31,196 nucleotides of DNA from Candidatus Methylomirabilia bacterium (GTDB taxonomy: Bacteria > Methylomirabilota > Methylomirabilia > Rokubacteriales > CSP1-6): assembly GCA_041496385.1 (NCBI GenBank), contig JBGQEL010000045.1:1-31196 (forward strand), given 5' to 3'. The notes beneath the pieces were generated by a model. The model made no database searches and was not told the origin of the DNA. It worked only from the letters and a program-made list of their open reading frames with translations. This document shows positions 9,269 through 17,264 of this stretch, in pieces; positions within the stretch are counted from its first letter, which is position 1; each line of letters opens with the position of its first letter. The translations under genes were made by a program, and so were the position numbers.

Positions 9269-10279
9269 ATGGCGGCCTGGCGGGAGGTGATCGCGGAGGG
9301 CGAGGCGGAGCGCTTCGAGGCGCTCGCGCGGAAGCTCGTGGGCGACGGTCGGCTCGACGGCCGCCCGCTCCACCGGAAGGCCCACGCGGCCCTCCACGCG
9401 CGCCTCGAGGTGGGCGAGGTGCCCGCCGACCTCCGCCACGGCCTCTTCGCCACGCCGGGGAGCTACGAGGCGTTCGTCCGCTTCTCATCGGGCGCGGGCC
9501 GCGCGCAGAGCGACCGCGTCCCCGACGTGCGCGCCATCGCGGTCAAGGTGGTCGGCGTCCGCGGCCCGAAGGTGATCCCCGGCCTCGAGGGCGCGGCCAC
9601 GCAGGACTTCCTCGCGATCCTCTCGTCCACGTTCGCGTTCAGGGACCCCGCCGCGTTCGTCGACGTGGCCGTGGCCGCGCGCCGCGGCCGGCTCGCCGTG
9701 CTCGGCGCCCTGCTGCGGCACTTCGGCGTCGTCGGGCTCGTCCGGATGCTCGGGCGCCTGAAGGGCGCGATGGACGCGTCGGCGACGAGCCTCGCCGAGC
9801 GCACCTACTTCATCGCGCTGCCGATCCGGCTCGGCCCCGAGGCCGTGAAGCTTCGCTTCCGCCCCGTCGACGTCCCACCACCCCTCGCGGTGCCGGCGGG
9901 CCCGGAGGTGCTCATGGCGGAGCTGCGGGCGCGCGTGAAAGCCACGCCGCTCGCCTTCCGCCTGGAGGCGCAGCGCTTCGTCGACGAGGCGCGGACACCG
10001 ATCGAGGACCCGGCGGTGGAGTGGCCGGAGGGCGTCGCGCCCTGGGTCGCCGTGGCGCGCCTCATGATCCCCGCGCAGGACACCGAGTCGGCCGCCGGGC
10101 GGGCGCTCGCCGCCTACGTCGAGCGCCTTTCGTTCGACCCGTGGCACGCGCTCGCCGAGCACCGCCCGCTCGGGGCCATCATGCGCGCGCGCGGCGCGGC
10201 CTACCGGCGCGCCGTCGGCGCGCGCGCCGTCGTCGGGGAGCTCGAGGTGAAACCGCCGGCCGCCGTCATGCGCGGCTGA
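9269..10279 (+). CDS. Short catalase-related heme protein (catalase-like/AOS/y4iL clade)
   Basis: Distal His in RPLHRKAH; VRFS, PDVRAIAVKV, QDFL, TPIEDP-x-VEW and LSFDPWH-x4-HRPLG; proximal R-x3-Y (RGAAY). Confidence 0.8.
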   Translation: MAAWREVIAEGEAERFEALARKLVGDGRLDGRPLHRKAHAALHARLEVGEVPADLRHGLFATPGSYEAFVRFSSGAGRAQSDRVPDVRAIAVKVVGVRGPKVIPGLEGAATQDFLAILSSTFAFRDPAAFVDVAVAARRGRLAVLGALLRHFGVVGLVRMLGRLKGAMDASATSLAERTYFIALPIRLGPEAVKLRFRPVDVPPPLAVPAGPEVLMAELRARVKATPLAFRLEAQRFVDEARTPIEDPAVEWPEGVAPWVAVARLMIPAQDTESAAGRALAAYVERLSFDPWHALAEHRPLGAIMRARGAAYRRAVGARAVVGELEVKPPAAVMRG

Positions 10280-10292
10280 GGAGGAGCGGAGC

Positions 10293-11042
10293 ATGCGACT
10301 TCGAGACAAGGTCGTCATCGTCACGGGCGGCGCCAAGGGGATCGGCCGCGCGTACTGCCTGGCCGTGGCCGCCGAGGGCGCGCGCGTCGTCGTCGCGGAC
10401 GTCGCCGACCCGAAGCCCACCGTGAAGGAGGTCGAGGCGCGCGGCGCCCAGGCCCTGGGCGTCGAGTGCGACGTGTCGCGCGAGGCGGACACGCAGCGCC
10501 TGGCGACCGAGACGCTCGCGCGCTTCGGCCGCATCGACGTGCTCGTGAACAACGCGGCCCTCTACGGCACGCTGCAGCGCCGGCCCTTCATGGAGATCCC
10601 CGTCGAGGAGTGGGACCGGGTCATGGCGGTCAACCTGCGTGGGCTCTTCCTCTGCGCGCGCGCCGTCTTCCCGGCCATGAAGGCGCAGGGCAAGGGCAAG
10701 ATCGTCAACATCGCCTCGAGCACGTTCTTCAAGGGCGTCCCGCACTACATCCACTACACCACCTCCAAGGGCGGCGTGGTGGGGTTCACGCGCTCGCTCG
10801 CGCGCGAGCTGGGCGAGTTCGGAATCCGCGTGAACGCGATCGCGCCGGGCTTCACGCTGAGCGGCGAGAACGAGAAGAACATCTCGGAGGAGCGCAAGCG
10901 CGTCAACGTCGAGGCGCGGATGCTGAAGCGCCCCGAGGTCCCGGAGGACCTGGTGGGGACGCTCGTATTCCTGGCCTCGGACGACAGCGACTTCATGACG
11001 GGACAGACCATGCTCGTGGATGGCGGCGGGAGCGTCCATTGA
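10293..11042 (+). CDS. Short-chain dehydrogenase/reductase (classical SDR)
   Basis: TGGAKGIG, NNA, catalytic YTTSK, IRVNAIAPG and VDGG; GAGGAGG RBS. Confidence 0.93.
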   Translation: MRLRDKVVIVTGGAKGIGRAYCLAVAAEGARVVVADVADPKPTVKEVEARGAQALGVECDVSREADTQRLATETLARFGRIDVLVNNAALYGTLQRRPFMEIPVEEWDRVMAVNLRGLFLCARAVFPAMKAQGKGKIVNIASSTFFKGVPHYIHYTTSKGGVVGFTRSLARELGEFGIRVNAIAPGFTLSGENEKNISEERKRVNVEARMLKRPEVPEDLVGTLVFLASDDSDFMTGQTMLVDGGGSVH

Positions 11043-11398
11043 GAGCCCGGCGGATCCGCACCGGGCTGCTGAGCGCGGGAGCCGGGCTCCTGCTGGCGGG
11101 CTGCATCGTCGAGCCCGTGGTGGTGCGCACGCCGCCACCGCCCCCGCCGCCGCGCGTCGAGGTCGTCGTCAGGCAGCCGGCGCCCGCGTACGTGTGGATC
11201 GAGGGGCACTGGGCGTGGCGCGGGGGCCAGGGCTACGTCTGGATCCCGGGGCACTGGGAGACGCCGCCGCGGCCGGGCTATGTCTGGGCGCCGGGCTACT
11301 GGGCGCCGCGGCACGACGGCCACATCTGGATCGAGGGTCACTGGAGGGAGCGCGAGGGGGAGCACGAACGCGGACGCGAGCGCGAGAGGGGACGCTGA
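11039..11398 (+). CDS. YXWGXW (WxxGxW) repeat lipoprotein
   Basis: Lipobox LLAGC, poly-Pro linker, then four repeats YVWIEGHW, YVWIPGHW, YVWAPGYW and HIWIEGHW. TTG start overlapping the SDR stop is inferred. Confidence 0.82.
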   Translation: MRARRIRTGLLSAGAGLLLAGCIVEPVVVRTPPPPPPPRVEVVVRQPAPAYVWIEGHWAWRGGQGYVWIPGHWETPPRPGYVWAPGYWAPRHDGHIWIEGHWREREGEHERGRERERGR

Positions 11399-11400
11399 GC

Positions 11401-12246
11401 ATGCCCAAGGTCTTGACCGAAGCCCAGGTGCGCGCGTTCGAGCGCGACGGCTGCCTCTCGCCCGTCAGGGCGATGAGCGCCGAGCGCGCCCGCGCCTACC
11501 GCGCGCGGTTCGAGGCGCTCGAGGCGCGCGTGCCCGACATCAAGAAGATGAAGACCAAGTCGCACCTGCTCTGCCCGTGGGTGCTCGAGATCGCCGAGGA
11601 CCCGCACATCCTCGACATCTTCGAGGATCTGATCGGGCCCGACATCCGCTGCTGGAGCATGGCGTGGCGCGTGAAGAAGGCCGACGGCCAGACCTTCGCC
11701 GGCTGGCATCAGGACTCCCACTACGGCTCGGCGGTGCCCGTCGTCCTCGGCGGGCTCGCGCTCTCGGAATGCGGCGTCGCCCAGGGTTGCCTGCGCGGCG
11801 TTCCGGGCTCGCACACCTGGGGCGCGCTACGCCACGAGGAGAGCGACGATCCGCGCAGCATCCTCGCCCGCGGCCAATACATCGTCGACGAGTTCGACGA
11901 GTCGAAGGCGGTGGACTTCGTGCTGCAGCCAGGCGAGATGGTGATGTTCACGAACTCGCTCGTCCACGGCTCGGCGACCAACGTCGGACCCGACCGCCGC
12001 TTCCTGCTGCTCGTCGAGATGCTCCCGACCTGGGCGAAGCCGGCGCGCGTGCGCCAGTCGGCGATGCTCCTGCGCGGGCGCGACACCATCGGCAGCTTCG
12101 ACGACGAGCCGCGGCCGGATGGCGAGTACACGGAGACGGCGCTCGCGAACTGGCAGCGCGTCGTGGACGCGCGCGCCAAGCTCATCTTCGAGGACAGCCG
12201 CTACGGCCCGAGCGAGGCCTACGGGGGCAAGCGCCCGGCGACGTGA
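11401..12246 (+). CDS. Phytanoyl-CoA dioxygenase (PhyH) family Fe(II)/2OG oxygenase
   Basis: LTEAQVRAFERDG, WHQD, GCLRGVPGSH, LQPGEM and LVHGS-x2-N...RR. Confidence 0.9.
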   Translation: MPKVLTEAQVRAFERDGCLSPVRAMSAERARAYRARFEALEARVPDIKKMKTKSHLLCPWVLEIAEDPHILDIFEDLIGPDIRCWSMAWRVKKADGQTFAGWHQDSHYGSAVPVVLGGLALSECGVAQGCLRGVPGSHTWGALRHEESDDPRSILARGQYIVDEFDESKAVDFVLQPGEMVMFTNSLVHGSATNVGPDRRFLLLVEMLPTWAKPARVRQSAMLLRGRDTIGSFDDEPRPDGEYTETALANWQRVVDARAKLIFEDSRYGPSEAYGGKRPAT

Positions 12247-12572
12247 TCCGGCATCCCGCGGCCGCCGCGCCGGAGCCCCACCTGATCGACCGGCTGATCG
12301 GGCTCGCGAAGCGCGTGCTCATCGTCGCGCTCCTGCTGCTGACCGCGCTCTACGCCGCCGACTCGATGCGCGTCTGGCTCCGGCAGGCCGGCGCGTCCGG
12401 CGGCGACGTCCTCGGCGCCGTCACGTTCTACCTCGCGGTCCGCCTCAAGAGCGGCAAGACCGAGATCTACTACGACCAGCCCCAGACCGAGATCTGCGTC
12501 CGCGCGCTGTTCCCGCACGACGGATACCGGCCGTGCTGGTACGCCGGCCGCGAGCGCGTGCGCGCCGGCTAG
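12243..12572 (+). CDS. Small membrane-anchored hypothetical protein with a Cys pair
   Basis: GTGA overlap with the PhyH stop; one hydrophobic helix; C-terminal CVRALFPHDGYRPCWY; host-like codon usage. Confidence 0.65.
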   Translation: MIRHPAAAAPEPHLIDRLIGLAKRVLIVALLLLTALYAADSMRVWLRQAGASGGDVLGAVTFYLAVRLKSGKTEIYYDQPQTEICVRALFPHDGYRPCWYAGRERVRAG

Positions 12573-12677
12573 CGAGGGTCGCGCCACGCGGCGATGCGCC
12601 TGGCGCCGGGGCGAGATGTCCGCGTCGCCCTACGCTCGATGGCAGGGTCACCGTCGAGGGTGTACGCTCGCCCAGAA

Positions 12678-13634
12678 ATGGTAGTCATCGATTTCGACCG
12701 TCATCCGCTGCTTCACGAGCTCGTGCAGGGCGCGCAGTGGGTGGGGACTGACGAGTTCCCTTCCTGCGTCGAGTGGGCCGACGCGCACGAGACGTGGCTG
12801 CGATTCGTCAAGGACACGGGAGGCTTCGCCCACTACCTCCCCAGGCTGCAGGGGCCAAAAGAGACTCGCGACGAGACGTTTGCGGAGATTGCCGTCGCCT
12901 ACTTCCTCGTTACTCGGTGTGGGATGCCGCTGTTGGAATGGGAGCCGCTGGGTGCCAACGGTAAGCGCGGGGAGTTTCTGCTCGGGCGCCAACCGGTGTT
13001 CGTCGAGGTCAAGAGTCCAGGGTGGGAGGATGAGATCGTCCAGGCCGAGGGCCGGGACACTGAGCGCCTCAAGCAGCCTAAGTACATCCATGCCGAGGCG
13101 CGGGCAACGGCACCGTGGGCATCGATTCGGCACGCCGTGCGGAAGGCGTATCCCAAGATGCCCGACACGATGCCGACGCTCCTTGTCATCAATGACGATC
13201 TCGGAGTATCGCTGCTCGACTGGGGCGCGATCGTCACCGAGATCGGCCTATATACGCCGAGGAATCCTGGCCACACCACAGGTTATCTCGCGGAGGACGG
13301 GCCGTTTGTGGACGCACGGTGCGCGCGGCTAGGGGCGGTCGGTGTGTTCAGGGTCGACATGGTCGGCGACGGCATCCGCCATCGCTTCGCGATCTTCGAG
13401 AATCCCCACGCGCTACCCGCTGTCGCCGTGCCGCCAGACGTCGCCCCGGGCTGCCCTCGGTTCAACGGAGTCAGTCCCAGCACAACCGAGGCCGACGCTA
13501 GGCCGTGGTTCGTCGAGGAGGTCTTGAGGGATGAGGAGTGGATGCAGGACCCGACCGGGAAGGCACGCAAGGTAGCGCAGGAAGTCATCGACGAATTCAA
13601 CGAGCGCCGGGGGCGTGCTCGAGAAGGCAATTGA
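12678..13634 (+). CDS. Hypothetical protein with possible PD-(D/E)XK nuclease-like fold; atypical codon usage
   Basis: Long ORF with many A/T-ending codons; motif FAEIAVAYFL...EWEP...KRGEFLL...VFVEVKS. Start uncertain (12594, 12639 or 12678). Confidence 0.6.
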   Translation: MVVIDFDRHPLLHELVQGAQWVGTDEFPSCVEWADAHETWLRFVKDTGGFAHYLPRLQGPKETRDETFAEIAVAYFLVTRCGMPLLEWEPLGANGKRGEFLLGRQPVFVEVKSPGWEDEIVQAEGRDTERLKQPKYIHAEARATAPWASIRHAVRKAYPKMPDTMPTLLVINDDLGVSLLDWGAIVTEIGLYTPRNPGHTTGYLAEDGPFVDARCARLGAVGVFRVDMVGDGIRHRFAIFENPHALPAVAVPPDVAPGCPRFNGVSPSTTEADARPWFVEEVLRDEEWMQDPTGKARKVAQEVIDEFNERRGRAREGN

Positions 13635-13666
13635 TCGAACGGGGCCGAGTCTCCCCCGCACGACCC

Positions 13667-13714
13667 CCTGAGACCACGATCGTGCGCGAGCAGTGTTGCT
13701 CGTGGATTCTCAGG
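13667..13714. terminator. Imperfect inverted repeat between convergent genes (possible terminator or stem-loop)
   Basis: CCTGAGACCACGA (13667-13679) pairs with TCGTGG[AT]TCTCAGG (13700-13714); no poly-U tract. Confidence 0.35.
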
Positions 13715-13724
13715 TGTTACAAGC

Positions 13725-14780
13725 TCACCGCCGGCGCGCGATTTCGCGGCGGGTCGGCCGCGTACCGTCACCGAAGGTAGGCTGCCAGCAAGAGTGCTTG
13801 CCGGCGCCGCCCACGACGATGACGCTGATGTCGTCGGGCTTCAGCACGATGGGCAGCATCGTGTCGGGCGCCGCGACCGCGCCCCAGCGCTCGACCTGCT
13901 GGCGCTGGTACTCCTTGCCCAGGCGTGCGAAGGGGAAGCGCGCGTGCTCGAAGAGGAACTCCTTCACCTGTCGCTTCGTGTAGCCGTCGCGCGCGATGGT
14001 GGCCGCGTGCTCGGGGCCGAGCGAGAGGAGCGGCCAGCCCCGGCCGAGCAGGTTGTTGCTGCCGGCCTGGCCCATGGCGCCGGCCACCGTGAGCAGGACG
14101 CCGAGGCCGGTGTTGCTGAAGTGGTCCTGGATGTTGTGCGGCCCCTCGCAGCCGAACGCGGTGACGACGCTCGCGTCCCGGGGGAGGCCGGCCTCGACGA
14201 GGAGCGCCTCCCACGGACTCTCGGCCTCGTTCTCGGCCACGCAGGAGGCGAGCTTCGCGGGGCTCCCCTGCGTGGCCCGATCGCCCGTGCCGGGCAGCCC
14301 GCCGCCGACGTTCATCAGGACGAGGCGCACGGCGCGGCCGATGGTGACGTTGGCGCGGACGCCCTGGCCGAAGGCGTTGTAGCCGGCGTTGATCCCGAGC
14401 TCGCGGGCGATCGGCCCGTTCACCACGAGGAGCGGCGCCACCGGGTGCGTCGTCGCCTGGACGGAGTCCAGATTGAAGAGCGGGTCGGCGAGCGCCTCGA
14501 GCCCCGCGAGGATCACGGGGAAGTACTCGGGTCGGCAACCCGCCATCACCGCGTTGACCGCGATGCGCTCCACCGTGGCCTCGCCCTGGCGCGGCGGCAG
14601 CACGCCGACGATCTCGCGCGCGTCGCGGTCGGTCGATTTCAGGAACGCGCGCACGGCCGTCTCCGTCGGCGGGACGATGGGCAGCCCGTCGGTCCAGCCG
14701 CGCTCCTGGTAGAGCGCGTCGACCTCTTCGTAGGCGCCCCCGAAGTCGAACGTCGCGGCGGCAGGCCCGGGTGGGCTCAT
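13725..14780 (-). CDS. Conserved partner protein of the UGSC selenoprotein (GWTDGLPIVPPT family), function unknown
   Basis: GWTDGLPIVPPT, TVERIAVNAVMAGC-x-PEY, VVNGP, RANVTIGRA, ENEAESPW and VVGGAGKHS; ATGA overlap with the UGSC gene. Confidence 0.8.
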   Translation of the reverse strand: MSPPGPAAATFDFGGAYEEVDALYQERGWTDGLPIVPPTETAVRAFLKSTDRDAREIVGVLPPRQGEATVERIAVNAVMAGCRPEYFPVILAGLEALADPLFNLDSVQATTHPVAPLLVVNGPIARELGINAGYNAFGQGVRANVTIGRAVRLVLMNVGGGLPGTGDRATQGSPAKLASCVAENEAESPWEALLVEAGLPRDASVVTAFGCEGPHNIQDHFSNTGLGVLLTVAGAMGQAGSNNLLGRGWPLLSLGPEHAATIARDGYTKRQVKEFLFEHARFPFARLGKEYQRQQVERWGAVAAPDTMLPIVLKPDDISVIVVGGAGKHSCWQPTFGDGTRPTRREIARRR

Positions 14781-15295
14781 GCGCGCGTCACGGCCTTCAG
14801 CACCGATTCGATCGCGAGGCTTGCCTTGCGCACGACCTCGTCCTCACGGATGCCGCCGAGCGGGTGCGGGATGAGGGCGAGCGGCAGCTCCTCGATGCCG
14901 CGGTTCTTCGCTTCCAGGCGCGCGAGCGCCTCGAACTCGAACGTGCCCATCGTGGCCGTGGGCACGCCGCGCTGCTCCAGCATGATTGAGCCGTGGATAC
15001 TCCACGACGTGCAGGAGCCTCAGTCGGCGCTGCCGACGAGCGCGAAGTCGCACTCCGAGAGCGCGGCGAGGATCTCCGGCGCCGGCGGGCCCGCGACCGG
15101 CTTCTCGCGCTTGACGATCTCCTTCACGCCGTAGCGCTCCTGGAGGATTCCCGCCACGGCGAGCATGAGCGTGCCCGCGTTCGCCTTGCCGTTGTCGAGG
15201 ATGCCGACGCGCTTGCCGGCGAGGCTCTGCAGGCGCGGCGCGAGCTTCGCGGCTACGGCGCGCGGCTCCGCGGTCGGATCGTAGAGTCGGATCAT
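14777..15295 (-). CDS. UGSC-family selenoprotein (thioredoxin-like UxxC), 172 aa, Sec at in-frame TGA 15022-15020
   Basis: Track ORFs 15020..15295 and 14777..14983 are in the same frame. Reading through the TGA gives ...ALVGSAD-U-GSCTSWSIHGSIMLEQRGVPT...IPHPLG; a SECIS-like hairpin follows. Confidence 0.92.
14990..15008 (-). promoter_or_regulatory. Bacterial SECIS-like hairpin
   Basis: mRNA GUCGUGGA-GUA-UCCACGGC: 8-bp stem (one G-U pair) with a G-initiated loop, starting after an 11-nt spacer 3' of the UGA. Confidence 0.8.
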
Positions 15296-15308
15296 CGTGG
15301 TCTCTCCC

Positions 15309-16148
15309 TCATTTCGGCAGCGGCCAGCCGAGCCACTCGCAGACGCCGCGCCCCATGACCCATTCGAGGTCGGCGCCCTTGAGCCAGGGCAGGTGCTCGG
15401 TGAAGAGCGTGATGCACTCGTAGTAGGTGCACGGCATGCGCGTGAGGTCCGTGCCCCAGAACGTCCGGCGCGGGCCGAAGGCGTCGACGAGCGTGCGGAT
15501 GTGCGCGTGCAGGTCGCGGAACGGATGGCGCTCCTGGGAGAGCGACGGCATCCCCGAGGCCTTGATGGCGACGTTCGGATGTTTGGCGAGCGCGCAGACC
15601 GCCGGGAGATCCTCGAAGACCTTCGGGCCCTTGCCGCGGACGTTGAGCCCGACGTGGTCGATGACGAACTTCAGGCCCGGATAGCGGCCGGCGATCTTGT
15701 CGAACACCTCGAGCGCACCGGGCACCAGGACCATGAGCGGGACGCCCGCGCGCTCCGCCGCCGGCCAGAGCCAGTCGGCCGAGCCGTCGGTGAGAAAGTG
15801 ACGGTTGTGCTCGTTGTGAAAGGTGAAGCGCATGCCGAGCATGCCCGGCTGCTTCTTCCAGTCCGCCACGAGCGTGCGGCTCGCCGGGTCTTGCAGCGCG
15901 AGCCGTCCCATGACCGCGAACCGATCGGGATAAACACGCGCCGCCTCCAGCGCCAGATCGTTCCGATCGCCCTCCCACGAGGGCGGCACGAGGACGATGC
16001 GGCTCACGCCCGCGAGGTCCATCTGGAGTAGCAACGATTCCTTGTCGACGGGATACGGCTTCTGCGCTTCGGCGGCCCGGCCGGCCGGCCAGGGGCGCTG
16101 CGGCGTGTCCGCGCCCCAGATGTGAACCTGCGAATCCGCTATGAACAT
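15309..16148 (-). CDS. Amidohydrolase_2 family protein (LigI/sugar-lactonase-like)
   Basis: IADSQVHIW, GMRF, VIDHVG, PNVAIKAS and FGPRRTFWGTD; GGGAGGG RBS. Confidence 0.88.
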   Translation of the reverse strand: MFIADSQVHIWGADTPQRPWPAGRAAEAQKPYPVDKESLLLQMDLAGVSRIVLVPPSWEGDRNDLALEAARVYPDRFAVMGRLALQDPASRTLVADWKKQPGMLGMRFTFHNEHNRHFLTDGSADWLWPAAERAGVPLMVLVPGALEVFDKIAGRYPGLKFVIDHVGLNVRGKGPKVFEDLPAVCALAKHPNVAIKASGMPSLSQERHPFRDLHAHIRTLVDAFGPRRTFWGTDLTRMPCTYYECITLFTEHLPWLKGADLEWVMGRGVCEWLGWPLPK

Positions 16149-16206
16149 GCGTGCCCTCCCTCGACCCGCCCGATTCTACCCCACGCTGGTTCCGCGCGGC
16201 GTCGCC

Positions 16207-16369
16207 CGCTGGGCCGCCGGGCGCGCGTGTGGTGGGGGCCCCGGGACCACGCGGCACGCGTGCGCTGCTCGGGATCGGCTGGGCTCCATCTGGGCGCGCT
16301 GAGACCGCCGCCGCGTTGCAGGAACGAGTCCCGGTGGCCCCCACCACACGCGCGCCCGGCGGCCCAGCG
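16207..16369. repeat. Long intergenic inverted repeat: 41/42-bp arms, 80-bp spacer (REPIN/MITE-like or structured RNA)
   Basis: 16207-16247 is the exact reverse complement of 16328-16369 except for one extra T at 16335 (34 bp perfect + 7 bp). Confidence 0.85.
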
Positions 16370-16388
16370 AGCGGAGACGCGCAGACGC

Positions 16389-17264
16389 TTACGTGTCGGC
16401 GCGGAGACGCGGGTCGAGGGCGTCACGGATGGCATCGCCGACGAAGTTGAGGCCGACGACGGTGACGAACAGCGCGGCGCCGGGGCCGAAGACGATCCAG
16501 GGCGCTTGTTGCAGGTAGCCGCGCCCGGCGTTGATCATGCTGCCCCAGGAAGCCGCGGGCGGCTGGATGCCGAGGCCCAGGAACGACAGCGACGCTTCGG
16601 CCAGGATGGCGAACGCTACGCTGAGCGACGCCTGCACCACGATGGGCGCCGCGGCGTTCGGCAGCACGTGGTGCCAGGCGATGCGCCAGCCGGGCGCGCC
16701 CAGGGCGCGCGCGGCGTCGACGTAGTCGCGCGCCTTGATCGTGAGCACCTGGCCGCGCATCAGGCGCGCGAACGTCGGCGTGTAGACCACGCCGAGCGCG
16801 ACGAGCACGCCCGTCAGGCCGGCGCCGAGCACGGCGCCGAGTGCCAGCGCCAGGACGAGCGGGGGAAACGAGAGCACGGCGTCCATGGCGCGCATCACCA
16901 GCCCGTCGGTCCGCCCGCCGCTGTAGCCCGCGACGATGCCGAGCAGGCTGCCCACCAGCGCCGCGATCGCGACCGACGCGAAGCCCGCGAGGAGCGAGAC
17001 GCGCGTGCCCCAGATCACGCGCGAGAGGAGATCGCGCCCGACGTTGTCGGTGCCCAGCGGGTGCGCCCGGCTCGGCCGCGCCAGCGTGTTGCCGAGGTCC
17101 TGCGCGAGCGGGTCGTGGGGCGCCAGCAGCGGGGCGGCGAGCGCCGCGAGCAGGGCCGTGAGCAGCACGGCGGCGCCGAACGGCGCCAGGCGCGCGCGGG
17201 CCGCCCGGCGCAGCACCTCCCAGCGACGGTCAGCGGTACCGGATCCGGGGATCGATCCAGCCAT
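16389..17264 (-). CDS. ABC transporter permease (DppC/OppC-like)
   Basis: HPLGTDNVGRDLLSRVIWG, DYVDAARALG, EASLSFLGLG and GDAIRDALDPR. Start uncertain (ATG 17264 or GTG 17217). Confidence 0.9.
   Translation of the reverse strand: MAGSIPGSGTADRRWEVLRRAARARLAPFGAAVLLTALLAALAAPLLAPHDPLAQDLGNTLARPSRAHPLGTDNVGRDLLSRVIWGTRVSLLAGFASVAIAALVGSLLGIVAGYSGGRTDGLVMRAMDAVLSFPPLVLALALGAVLGAGLTGVLVALGVVYTPTFARLMRGQVLTIKARDYVDAARALGAPGWRIAWHHVLPNAAAPIVVQASLSVAFAILAEASLSFLGLGIQPPAASWGSMINAGRGYLQQAPWIVFGPGAALFVTVVGLNFVGDAIRDALDPRLRADT

Noticed and set aside
11180..11345. Repeated TACGT(G/C)TGGATC...GGGCACTGG units resembling a short array
   Set aside because: These are the coding repeats of the WxxGxW lipoprotein, not CRISPR; the units are degenerate at third codon positions.
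13635..13724. Possible integron attC site after the foreign-looking gene
   Set aside because: An imperfect hairpin exists, but there are no convincing complementary RYYYAAC/GTTRRRY boxes and no integrase or second cassette.
15020..15022. Nonsense mutation or pseudogene interpretation of the UGA
   Set aside because: The UGA falls exactly at the first position of a UxxC motif and is followed by a correctly spaced SECIS-like stem.
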